Shown: positions 43,543 to 56,829 of the stretch, in pieces
Layout of the letters: every line of letters starts with the position of its first letter
Position numbering within the stretch: the stretch's first letter is position 1
NCBI GenBank assembly: GCA_012295275.1
Contig: CM022669.1
Span: forward strand, 11,036,001-11,100,000
DNA from: Chrysomallon squamiferum
Taxonomy: Eukaryota > Animalia > Mollusca
DNA length: 64,000 nucleotides
Direction: 5' to 3'
Program-made: the position numbers and the translations under genes
The notes under the pieces: generated by a model
Told to the model about the DNA's origin: nothing
What the model saw: the letters and a program-made list of their open reading frames with translations, nothing else
Databases searched by the model: none

Positions 43543-44020
43543 GAAAGTTATTTAGGACATGGTTTTAAGAACAATAACGTTATTAAAATAGACTATGATT
43601 TTTTTTTAAAAAAGAAGAAAAAACAAAGGACAAAGAAAAGAAAGAAAGAAAGAACAACAACAGTAAAAAACCACAAAAACCCCCCACAAAAAAAAAACAA
43701 ACAAAACAAAGATTTATGCTGACTGTTACACTTTTGTCATTAAAGATAAAGTATTCAAGAAATAAATAATAAAAAGAGAAAAATAAAACAAAAACATAAA
43801 AATAAATTAAAATTTAAAAAAATAAATAAATAAATAAGAAGAAACAAAATCAAAATAACAAAATAAAAATGAATAATCTTACGCTTCATTAGAAAAAGGA
43901 GACCCTTTTCGTGTTCATAGCTTTTTTGACAACCAGTAAATCCTCTGAGAGAGAAATGGCTGTGACGTCAAAGTATTGTTGACGTCATTCTTAGCGTAAA
44001 GTCATCGACAGATGTGTAAT

Positions 44021-44073
<53 letters not shown>

Positions 44074-44494
44074 ATAATGAATTAATAAATTCCTTTACGT
44101 TATAGACCCAAAGAAGATAACAAAAGGGACACATTTTCCGTTTGTTCAAAATGTAGTAAACCTCACCAAGATAATACTACATATGGCTGTGATCATGTGA
44201 TCTGTGACGAGTGTCTCTCTGATAGTGATGTCCAGTCGAAATACGAAAGTCCAAAATGTATTGATGAAGTAAAATATATAGGTAAGTACTCCATGAAGAA
44301 AAATACTGTTTTGTATGTATCTGTCTGTCTATCTATCTATCTATGTGTCTATCTATATATCTATATGTCTATCTATCTATCTATATGGATGTATATGTAT
44401 ATGTGTGTATATATGTATGTATATATTAAAATAACTAAAATAAATAGATACCACAAACACTTATCTGTATATAAATATGTGTGTGTAATGAAAT

Positions 44495-44539
<45 letters not shown>

Positions 44540-45644
44540 GTGTATGTATGTATGTATTTAATGAAAATAAATGAAATAATTAAAAAGCACAAACACTATG
44601 TATTCGTAACGTACAAAATTCGTTTCATGTACTAATTAGAGTTAATTGTAAAATTAGCAATAGAATTTAAATTTATCACCTAAACTTATGGTGTTTGTAA
44701 TCTCTGTTCCAGCCGACCCAAAAGAAGAAGAAGCGAAAGATGGGCCGATAGAAGAAAAGACTCTGCAGGACTATAAAGCAGCTGATGTCGAAGAGGAGAA
44801 CAAAGACGCGAGTGATGACGAAACTGAGATGTGTTACTTGGACAATGTGATCAGCATTAAACAGAAAAACGACTCCAACATTCCCTCGGTACAAGACTTT
44901 CACGTCATGGTTGTCGACGGCTTGCAGTGTATCCTCGTCGCTGACGACTCCAATGACTGTCTGAAGCTGTTCCAGAAGAAGAAGGATAAGTTCGAATACA
45001 GCTGTGCTTTCAGTCTCTCAAGCTCGCCGTTTCAGCTGGCGATGATTGACAGCGTGACGTACGCAGTGACACTCCCACTGGAGAGACAGATTGTGGTCGT
45101 TTCAGTGGGCAAAACTCTTACACTGAAATCAAAGATCACAACGGACAAGGAATACTTCGGCCTGGCTCTGCTGAACGACTCAAACATGGCTTGCGGAGCT
45201 CCGCTAGAACTCTCTCCTACGATTGACGTCATAGACCACGACGGCAAGGTTCTGTATTCGTACTGTACGTCTGACAGTTATGGCGGACAGTTCGTGGACA
45301 TGTCCTTCATGACGAATAACTCGGCACGGGATCTGATCGTCGTTGATCCCAAAGACCACGCCTTAGTCTGCCTGTCGGTGGCTGGTGACGTCATCTGGCG
45401 TTACGCGTCTGACTGGAAAGACAAGCTCGTCTCTCCTGCTGGCGTCGTCTGTGACTCGTCTGACAAGGTGTACGTGGCAGACAGCAGCAGGCGAGTCATC
45501 CTGCAGATGTCCCACGACGGACACAAACTGTCAGAACTGGAATTCAAAGGGCCTCTTTCCAGCATGCCTCACGCTTTGAGTTTCTGCGAAGGAAAACTCT
45601 ATGTCTGTACCAAGTACGGTCATCTAAGCGCAGTCCCCGACTAG
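42843..45644 (+). CDS. RING finger + NHL beta-propeller protein with an N-terminal MGC acylation motif, 3 exons, 375 aa
   Basis: Exons 42843-42862 (MGCTST), 44106-44281 (CSKC-x11-CDH-x2-CDEC-x11-SPKC) and 44713-45644 (NHL repeats such as SPAGVVCDSSDKVYVAD). Phases 2 and 1 match; TATA box near 42772. Confidence 0.75.
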
Positions 45645-46902
45645 AACAGAGATGATGTGATTAAACGAAGGTTGTTTATGGAATTTTACACAGTGTTTAT
45701 ACTTGTAAAACGGTTACGATTTATCAAAATATACAGACGTTTTAATTTAACAACGACTAGAATTTCTGTTTGGAAATGAAGGACCAAAAAAATGTAAGCA
45801 TCTGGTTTCATAGGATTTTACTGAATGTCTAGAGATGTACCAAATACTTGCAACATGATTAGCTTTGATCTAAATATGCAAAATAATTAACTGTTTTATT
45901 TATTTGTTTTTAAATTATTATAATTTGTTTTGATTGTTTCCTTATTGTTCTTGATGCTTTTTTCTGTAAATATTTTCTAGTCTTTCTTTATACAATATTT
46001 TTTAAAAGTGTTAACCAACCATTGATCCAAATACATTTTTTTTAAAAGATGAAATAATTATCATTATAAAAAAAAAAAACAGCTTTGTTGGACGTAAGCA
46101 GACCTAGAATATTTTAGTTATTTTGTTTACATTATGTTCTCTTATTTGAGTTCCAGTTTCTTACTTTCTTCAAACTAATAACTAGCATTTTCTCTCAAAT
46201 GAATGACGGTAAAAAGCAACAGGTGTTAATAATTATAACAAAAGTAGTAATAGTAATAATAATAACAACAACAAGAAGACATAGTAAATGAACTATTATT
46301 TAAAAGTGCTGTTGTAATATACAAAGTTAGGGAGTTATTTGTGAAACAATAAATATTTTCTCGATCTTTTGCTTCCCACAGATATAAATATTTACACACA
46401 GAAAAATTATTACAGGGCATGTATTCGGATCATACTAAGAACAAAATCTAACTCATTTTTTACGATATATAGATTGTTTTATCCATCGTTAATAAATAAT
46501 TTAAATTACAATTTTTAAAGTCTGTATTGTTTATAATATATATATATTTAAACACGGAGCGCGCGCAGACATATACACTGATATACATATATAAAAAGAG
46601 ACCCAGCTGAAGTATATTTAAGCTGTATGTACGTGGTATATGAACACACACACACGCGCGCTTTTTACGTGTGTTTAAACTGTTTTCATAATTACCATAG
46701 CCCTCTGTTTAATGACTGAATAACAATTATCTACGTTCCACGAACACAAAAGTTTCTGATGTTCACTGTTCTCTTTTATTCAGCAAGAGAATCATTTTTG
46801 TTTGTCACAGTATTCCTGTCTGACTCTGTATTATTAGAAATTATAAAATCAGGGTCTTCAATCAGCGGACACGAGGTGTTGTCAACGGATGATTTCTTCT
46901 TC

Positions 46903-47258
46903 TTACGGGAATTCTGATTTGAATCTTTCTTGTTCGCTGTCCTCAGGTTCTGAATCGCAGAAGACGGTTGTTTTGTCAGCATCGTTGTCGTCGACGATAA
47001 CAGTGTGTTGAGACAGCGTGTACCACGTTTTCATGTCGTCTATTGTCTGTGGTAATTCTTTGCCTGTGGTTTCTGGCAGAAAAATCATGAGAAAGGTAAC
47101 CAAGAGACAGCAGATTCCAAATATGCTGCCTGGCGCCCAGAACGCGTAGCCTGCCTGTTAAATTAATTTTTTGTTGTAAATTCTGATAACGTATAAAGTT
47201 AAAAACACTTTCAGTATTACAATAACACAAAGTGTGTGGGTATGGGTATTTGTGTGTG

Positions 47259-47307
<49 letters not shown>

Positions 47308-48012
47308 TGTGTGTGTTTTCCAAATATTGTCCAATAGTGCCAGAATACGTAAGCTGTCTCTGAGAAAATGAAAATTATAATGTTAACAATCATGCGTTCA
47401 TTAGTGTATATAATGATGATGTATGTGTACGTATGTGTGTGTGTGTCTGTGTTGTGTTTATATCATAAATATTTCTATTCGTTATTTCGATATTTGTTTC
47501 TCGTTTACGCTATAGTGTTTGAAACAAAAGGAAGATACACAAATATGCAAATCACAAACTGGTCGTAGTTTAAATTGGAACTGTACCAGTAAATTGGAAA
47601 AAGGTGCCAGCATTCCGCCTATCCTGGCAAAGGCAGAACACATTCCAAGACCAACATTCCTACAAAATATATATAGAAACAAATAAAATAATAAAATGAT
47701 ATACATATAGACACCCACCCACCCACCCACACACACTTACACACAAATAAACAAACACACACGCTCTCGTGTTATTTTAATTACAATAATAAATACATTA
47801 TTATAGCAAATTAAAACAGACTCAGAGACAAATATGTGTCATCCACCTTAAATTTGTCGGAAATAGTTCTGGCGTATATAAAAAGATAGTTCCGAACGAG
47901 CCAGTTATTCCGATTTTCCCAATCAGAGCAAACATCGTTGTGAACACATCAGAGATAGGTCCCTCTGAAATTATTAAAGCAAAATATTTATTTCTATATT
48001 ATATGACGACCA

Positions 48013-48053
<41 letters not shown>

Positions 48054-48228
48054 AAGAACAAAATTAAAGAAATTTGTTTTCGATTTGTTTCTATTTAATA
48101 TCTTGTTTTAATTTTTCAATTTTGATGTCAACTTTTTTTTAGACTATTGTTTCAGTACTTTGCAAGAATCTTGCTTCTCCGAAAACAGTTCAAATTAATA
48201 TTTGTCTGCTAAAGTTCAACTCAAAACT

Positions 48229-48310
<82 letters not shown>

Positions 48311-48958
48311 TTACTCTTGCACACACGCACACACAGACAGACACACGTCCACACACATACACATCAAAATACCTGCAGTGGTTTTAATTACAGTTGCTAA
48401 AATCAACGCAATACCAGTCATCCCATGAAATATCATGCTTGTCTTCTTCCGACCCGTTCTGAAGCATAAACAGCAGATGATAAAATAAAAACACATGCAC
48501 ACACATGCATACTCTTCCCATATGCACATATACTCACACATATGCAACTAAGCATGCACACATATCTACACAGGTACAAATACATACAAACATATATACA
48601 TACATATGCACAGACAGAAACACGCATTAACACAAACAACACACACAGATACATATACACAAACATTCGCACACACCTACACACATCCACACAAACCTAC
48701 ACACACATACATAATTACATATACAAACATATTATATATATGCACGGGGCATATAATAATAATACATAAAACATATATCTGATACTGATGACTATACATA
48801 ACCGCTGAAATCTATTAACGCCTCATGTAAAGAGAAATATTTATTAATTTATTCATTCATTTATTTGCCCATTCATTCTGTCGTGTACGTTATCGATAAA
48901 CTACATGCGAAGGGAGATAACTCATTCAGCCTAAAGTGCAACATACCTAAATGAACGC

Positions 48959-48990
<32 letters not shown>

Positions 48991-50620
48991 AATAAACGTC
49001 TTGTTGTAATTACCTGTCGATTATAAAGTAAAAGATGATCGCTGAAGGAATTTCTGCGGCTGCGTTGAGGAAAAAGTTTAAGAAATAGTTTCCAGCCAGA
49101 GCCGACGAAGTGAGAAACAAACCAAAATAAGTCAGAGCGTTTGTTAACCTGGGTGGAAAATAGCAGCAGAATATTAATCTGATAATGGCAGACTGGTTAT
49201 GAATAAATAAATAAGAAAAGAAGTTAATAAATGAATACATGTTTAAGTAACCAGTATACACAAATGCACAAAATGTCAAATTTTGAACTGAATCTGTTAT
49301 TAGATAAATTGTTTTTTAAATGGGAAAATAAAATAACTAAATTTTGACAACGTTATAACAATACAGTACCACGTAAACCAGAGAATGCACGCGTTCACGA
49401 GAAATCTTCTGTTTTTAAACAAATCACCCACAGTGTATTTCGTGATTATCTCCCTTTCTGCGTCCACGTCATCAAACATTCCCGTGCCGTCATTAGTTTC
49501 AGTTTGCGAAGAATATTCGAGTCGGATCGGATTTCCTCGTTTATTTTCGTCATCACTGGTTTTGTGCTGCAGTAGATGTAATTGTTCCATGACGTCAGTG
49601 ACAGGAACTCTGCTAATTCTAGCGGCTTTCTTCAGAACCCGAACCACTTGTTTCCTTTTACCGTTTGCAACGAGCCATGATATAGATTCCTCTACAATCC
49701 TTGTAAGTAAAATGACACAGAGAAACAAGCCTTTGTGATATGAGTCATAAGATAAAAAGTACAAAGCTTTAGTAATGTTTGATATTATTATCATATTTAT
49801 AGAATTTTTGTCAAATTGAAATCGCTACTTATTATACAAAGTCGTCGCTTTTATTAATATAATGTATGCTGCTTATAAAATATTATTTCGTTTTTTCTAT
49901 CGTATAATTAAATGTAAAAAAAAAAAAAAAATCACTGGAATGAAATTTAATAATTGTTAATGCAGTAGAGACATAATTAGGCTAGTAAATAACTGTTGTT
50001 ACAATTATTTTTGAAATTTATATTTTTTTCCTCTCTCTCACAAAATGTATAGATCAGTTTAAAAAACACCTTTCTGTAGAGGGGGTCCATAGAAATCACC
50101 TTAATTATGGCTACAGTACGTTTCAAAATAACCCTGACCTTAACCCTAACTCTAATCCTAACTCTGATCCTAACCCTAACTCTAATCCTTACTCTGATCC
50201 TAACTCTAACCCTAACTAACCCTAACCCTTAACCATAACCCCAACACAAGCCTAATCCTAAGACTAACCTAACCCTGTTAACATGTTACCTACCACCTTT
50301 AATAATAAATCAATCAGTCATTCTCAAATGATATTTATTTATTTATTTATTTTAAAATTAAATTAACAAGTGTGCTGCAATAACTTTAGTGACGTACCAG
50401 ATCTGAATGATTGCATACAGAGATACAGACGAGTAAGCTATCTGTAAAATTCGCCACGAGTAGTTTCGCAGAAAGTAAGCCCACAGAGGAATCGTCATGG
50501 TGCACAGAGCCCATATCAAGCTGAGAAGAAAGCTAACTAACTTTCTGTGTTGTGAGGGGAAGATCTCCAGAGGTAACGTGGCGGCTGTAGTAACAATTCC
50601 CTAAAATAAAATAAAATAAA

Positions 50621-50651
<31 letters not shown>

Positions 50652-50660
50652 TAATAATAA

Positions 50661-50698
<38 letters not shown>

Positions 50699-50734
50699 AT
50701 AATAATAATAATAATAATAGTAGTAGTAGTAGTA

Positions 50735-50774
<40 letters not shown>

Positions 50775-51853
50775 TGATAATAATAATAATAATAATAATA
50801 AAACCTATAAAATTTAAACACTAATCGTCAGGACACATTATTACATACAGTGTTTCTGCCGATATCTTTCTGTCGGTTTGGTAGTCTTTGGTAGTCATTT
50901 ATTCAAACAAAACAAAAACAATATCAATAAAACAAAAACGAACAACTAATCCGAAGGAAAGAGATGAATAATAATAATAATAATAATATATAACGATTCT
51001 GTCGTCTGACTTTTACCTGCTGGATGGCTCCAATGACAAAACGAAGAGCTGCGAAAGTTGGGTAATTCGGCGCCAGTGCAGTTCCGATCCCCACAAACAA
51101 CATGGCCACTGTTGACAGAATGTAGATGGGTTTCCGACCGAACCTGTCTGACAGGTGGGGAATGGTTATAGCACCAAACGCCTGGCCCCCGATCAACAAC
51201 GTCTGTGTGAGGTCTGCTAAAGATTTCCGATCGCACACGAGATCCAGCTACAAAATTTACATTGTGTCCATCAACCATACAAAGTGCGTTATTTCATTCT
51301 TATCAAGTAAGTTGGAGAACTATTAATACTCTTGTTGTTGTTGTTGTTATTATTATCGTCGTCGCCGACATATTGGTCAGAATAATTTATTTCTTAATTA
51401 TTTATGTTTATTTTTTCCTGTCCACGTGAAGAGGCACCTCACTGATAACTAGCCCTTATCAAAGCGTTTCCAGCTCATGCAGTGCGTGTGCACGTGCATG
51501 GCGTGTGCATGTTTGTATTTAGCAGTGAATATTCCATTTTATACCTCACGTTTGACTCTACACATAAAAATATTCGAGAACGCATTGGGGATAATACAGG
51601 TTTGTCTGCTATTCAAAAACTAAGCCGTTCTTCAGTTATAAGAAGAAATAAAATAAAACTTACATCAGATATAATTGATCTGTCCGCTGGTTCCGTGTAA
51701 CGGTACCCAGAACTGCACTGTTGAGTGTGTGTGTCGTTGCCATGCACCGTAGTAACACTGCATTCACCATACGTCACGTTCCGAGCAGTTCCGTTGTCTA
51801 TGACTTCACCACAATAGTGTTCTACCGACCTGGCTGCAATTCATTGTGAGAGT

Positions 51854-51896
<43 letters not shown>

Positions 51897-52403
51897 TTGT
51901 TTGTTTGTTTGTTTGCTAGCTTGCGTTCTTTTTATTTTTATTTTTTTAATTTTTAATTTAATTTAATTATTTATTTAATTATTTATGTTTAATTGTGAAA
52001 CACATACTTAAATATTGGCGTGCTTTACTACATAAACACAGAAAAATATATATTTACGTGCTTTCACATACACATACACATTTACGAAATATATATACAC
52101 ATACATTCATACCTTGCTATGTACGTAAGTACATACATACATACATACATACATATATACATGTAGGTCTAAAATATAAAAAGTAAACAGTATTTTCTAC
52201 GAAAATAAATAAATGAATAAAATAGAAATACAGTGCAGTTCAATATTATGATAAAATAATAATAATAATAATAAGAAGAAGAAGAAGAAGAAGAAGAAGA
52301 AAAAGAAGAACAATTACAGTAACAACAACAACAAAATAATAATCATAATAATAAAAATAAAAATAATAACAATTACCGTAACAACAACAACAACAACAAT
52401 AAC

Positions 52404-52448
<45 letters not shown>

Positions 52449-54372
52449 TATAATAATAATAATAACATAAAATGCATGTCTGATTAAAGTATATTTATTC
52501 CAAGGTTAAACGCTTTGGTGAATATTTTAAAAACTTGTAAACAGAATTTATTTTAATTCAGTTTTAAAATCACGTCACTTTTACATTAACAGTCACGCTC
52601 GTGTTGGGAAATTCGTTCTAGCTCTAATTTAGTCCATGATAATGGTTAAGATGGTAAATAAATTTGTGTAAGCAACACGAGCAGGCGCAAGCCTGCACAT
52701 ACACACGCCCACACACGTGTTCATGTATGTTTGTGTGTGTGTGTGTGCGTAACATACAACAAAAATGTTGTTGTTATTGTTGTTGTTGTTGTTGTTATTA
52801 TTATTATTATTATTATTAATATTATTATTATTATTATTGCAAAGCTGACTTACTCAATTAAGGAAAAGTCCAACTGATGCTTAACAGTTTGCAAGATCGA
52901 CCCGCTCCTCGCACGATCAGTTTATGAAAAGTCTTGATATATGCTTTTTTGTTTGTGTATGGGGTTTTCGTTTTTCTTGCTCCTGTTTTCTTTTTTTAAT
53001 TCATTCATTCATTCATTTTTATTTATTTTTTTATTTTATTTTTTATTTATTTTTTTTATTTATTTTACTATTATTTGTTATTGTTGGATACAGATGGACA
53101 TTAGGATGAATATCGTTGGTTCTCGTTTTCTGGCATATCTTTGCCAACCAACCAAACGATTCCGGTTAGTAAACTCATTTAACAACAGTTTTGGCTTTAC
53201 ATTCCTTTGGAACGGTCATATTCGAGCTCGCTGGTACAGTAAAAAGAACCATTTAGCCATACATCACGCGTGCGTCGTGCCGAAAAGATGTCACGTGTTA
53301 ATCAGCTGACCGTTACGTCACTATTTAGGTCGATTTAAACAGGAATTCCGAATAGGTGATTTTATGACAAGGGTCTTGGGTTTCTTCTTGTAGCATGTAT
53401 ATATGTGTACGACTAAATGGTACTTTCTGTGGTACAAGCGAACTCGAAAAGGGCTGATCTAAAGAAATGTTAAACAGTACTAATTGTTAAATGAGTATAC
53501 TGGCCGCAATCGTTGGCAAACATAAGACAAAAATAAGATATAGACCAATTTCTGGCGAAGAACAAGCGATGTCCGTCCAATGTCCGTCTGAGCTGGTCTC
53601 GGTCAGATGATCCTCGGACACGGGGGGGATGTGGATGTTAACGATTAAAAGATCCACAGATTTCAATAAAAATATTAATAAATTTATTTATTTATTTATT
53701 TATTTATTATTATTTTTATTGTTATTACTATTACTATTATTATTATTATTACTATTATTATTATTATTATTACTATTATTATTATTATTATTATTATTAC
53801 TCAACTATTTCTGTAGTACCATCACTACTACAGCTCCTCGTACCACTTTTGATACTACTACTACTATTACTATAACAACTACTACTATCAAATCACTATT
53901 ACTATTACTACTACTGCTTCTACTATTTTATCTTTTAAAGTTCTCACTATGACTACTACGTCTTCTGTGACTGCTGCTACTACTACTCCTATTGCAACTA
54001 CTACTGCAACTACTACGACAACTAATATTGTTAATATCTTAAGACCAATTACTATTTACTACTACATTTTCTATCAGTAATAACAACAACAGCTACAAAT
54101 GATGACAAAATAAAGTAATAAAAACATTAACGGTTATATCGAATATATATAGTAACTGCCATCACGATTATGATCTTCGTCGTCATAGTTATCACCAATG
54201 TCGTCAACACATTTCTTTATCTACTACATAACTTACCCAGAAACACGATATCCAGCAAATGATAGGAAGCTGGCAAATAACCAAAACCGATGACAATCAG
54301 TTGAATAAGCTGAAACCGACCGGTGCCTCCCAAAGCATTTAAAATGCCTCCTACGTCCGTTGTCGAAACCAT
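46903..54372 (-). CDS. SLC22 / organic cation transporter-like MFS protein, 10 exons
   Basis: Exons 54372-54237, 51833-51664, 51247-51017, 50600-50398, 49699-49370, 49148-49014, 48458-48373, 47964-47847, 47659-47587, 47154-46903. Motifs LGGTGRFQ, DLVCDR, SDRFGRK, EIFPSQHR, EESISWL, ELFPTNLRNVGLG, ARIGGMLAP, LPETTGKELPQTI. Confidence 0.93.
50130..50280. repeat. Degenerate telomere-like (CCCTAA)n array
   Basis: Run of taaccc / taactc / taatcc hexamers in SLC22 intron 4. Confidence 0.8.
53265..53602 (+). repeat. Dispersed repeat, copy 2 (see 41630-41935)
   Basis: Same conserved blocks in the same order and orientation. Confidence 0.8.
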
Positions 54373-54757
54373 TTCAGTTGTATCAGGAGAATTAGGACAC
54401 AAACGTATTTCTTACTGGATGAATATAATGACTGTTAAAAGCGCTAACGGTTTATTTAAGAATGACATAAGTCAGAGACGTCAGTCGTGTTCAGGTGTCT
54501 TGCTGAAGTGTGTGGGCAGGGCTGACGTGTGTAAACGACAGTCACACTCACGTCTCCGAATTCGTTCGGTTTTACGCTAATTTCAGGCGGTTTCTTTGTT
54601 TACCTGTAAACCCATTTAAAACGTAACAGCGTCTGTCAGAGTAACAGAGAGATGTGTGTGTGTGTGTGTGTGTGTGTGTACATACATACATACGTACGTA
54701 CATACATACATACATACATAATACATACATACATACATACATACATACATACATACA

Positions 54758-54791
<34 letters not shown>

Positions 54792-54854
54792 ATATATAAT
54801 ATAATATAAGCGATGATTACCCTCGGTTATAGAGCATCCTTTTTTGATATCCTC

Positions 54855-55230
54855 TTGATGGCCAAACGGTAACATCGTCCGCCTTCGGAGTGCGGGTGAA
54901 TGGGTGCAATACGTTCGAGTCTCGTCAGCGGCATCTGACGGGTTTGTGAGGTCGTGACTGGACTTTGTCCTCCTGCGCCAGTGCGTTCCCGAATAATGTC
55001 TATGTGCAGAGTCTATTCAGACGTCCACAAGACAAAAAATATTAAAAATCCCTCGTTGCGGTTTTAATTTTTGTCATTGCTCCATATTCATTCACCCGTT
55101 CCAATAGAAGTATCCCTCGGGTTGGAGTGTATAAAAGAAATCTTGCAGAGTAACATACGACTTTACGTCAATGAATTTCCTCTATCATATTTAAACATGA
55201 CGCTAGGTAATAGTAGATAAAACACAATAA
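54855..55230 (+). mobile_element. tRNA-derived SINE-like element
   Basis: A-box-like TGGCCAAACGG at 54859 and B-box GTTCGAGTC at 54913, followed by a GC-richer body; the 3' boundary is approximate. Confidence 0.55.
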
Positions 55231-56829
55231 TATTAATTGAACAAAATACTACGTCATTCCGTTCCAGATATATATATATATATATATATATATGGGTGTA
55301 TGTATATGTATATTCCCAACATAGCATTACTTTTAACTATATACAGGATCTGTGCGTGTTCATAACAAATAACAATAATTAAACAACAACAAGAACAATA
55401 AGAAAATGCACATTAAAGTTAAACGATAATAATGATGATGATGATGATGAGGAGGAAGACGATGATGATAATAATGACGATGATGATGGTAATAATAGTC
55501 TAATGATACGTTTTACTATCAAAAATAACGTATTCATATACATTTTCTTTTTAGAAATCATGGGGAAAAAAAATTCTTTATAAAATGGTTATTTAACAAT
55601 GTAACGAAATAGAACGAACAGAGAGAGAGAGACAAAGTACTGTTGGACTTACAAACAAATTCAAATGATACAAAGATATTTGTAGTTAATACAACAGTGA
55701 ACTGTTGTTCTTACGTAGATTTCCGAATAATAATAGTATTTGAATAAACTTATTATTTTATTCACAATAAAAAACCAGGAATGCAACTTAGCTGTAAGAT
55801 TCAGTATTAATTATAATAATAACTGATTATAATTCATTTTTTGTATTTTTTTAACTGCGATGTCTGGTACAGGTCTGCCATCACTAATCCGTCATCACTG
55901 GGACCTGCACAACGTCGTAGTAGTTGTTTTTGCCGGATAAGAGAGTGATTATATTCACATAGAGTAAATTCAACAACTCGCCATCACATCCTGATCCTAT
56001 CTCTGAAATACTGCTATTGAGTTCTTTTCTTCTTTTTTTTTTAACAGAAGATCAGCCTTATCTTTTATGGAGATGTACGGCTTTACACAAAGAGAAAATT
56101 TTCCTTTATTCGTTGAAACCATTGTTAAATTAAAAGTAGCAGATTATAACAATCAGTGGAGAAATAACACTAAATACGACTACAGTGTTGTTGTTGTTGT
56201 TGTTTTAAATATTTGTTAGACGTACGATTTGATCTATTATGGACAATGTACGGTATATGCGCTTTACTCAACGAGAAGCATTTGCTTTATTCGTTGAAAC
56301 CCGTGGTTGAATTACAAGTTAACAGACTGTAACAATAAACGGGGGGTAAAAAAAACCTGCGACGGTTTATCTATGTTTGCAAGTGTCGTCAAAAGTATTC
56401 ATGCGGCAAGAAGCGCCATTAACGATTAACGACAAGTTCATGCGGTAACCCAGAACGTTTGAAATAACTTTTAACCAAATTTGTGCCGGAGTACTGTTGG
56501 AACCGGATTAGGGATTACCGGGCCTGTAATGGTCGAAGTGTATATGAACATATGTAAGACAAATTCTTAAAAGACTGAGCATGTGGAAATTTCTGGAGTT
56601 ATTTAATCAGTACAATTATATACGTAGCGGAATAACTGGTTACTGTCTTATACTGCGAAAGTTAAAATGCTGATCTGCATTCGACATTCGAACTTGAGAA
56701 GCTTAAATCGTAAGACAACAATCACATATTTATCCTACAATCCTAAATAATAGACATAAAGTTACTGATGCCACAATATTATAGTAATAGCCTCCAAAAT
56801 AGTCCTGTATTTAAAATGAATTTTGTTCT

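Noticed and set aside
50398-50600. Suspected stop or frameshift in SLC22 exon 4
   Set aside because: On re-reading the frame is intact (GIVTTAATLPLEIFPSQHRKLVSFLL).
50537-50821. Poly-Tyr, poly-Ile, poly-Leu, CVCV and HTHT ORFs here and throughout the window
   Set aside because: They are translations of (AAT)n, (TAG)n, (CA)n and (TACA)n microsatellites, not genes.
54855-54935. tRNA gene
   Set aside because: A and B boxes are present but I could not fold a convincing cloverleaf or find a terminator; it fits a SINE head better.
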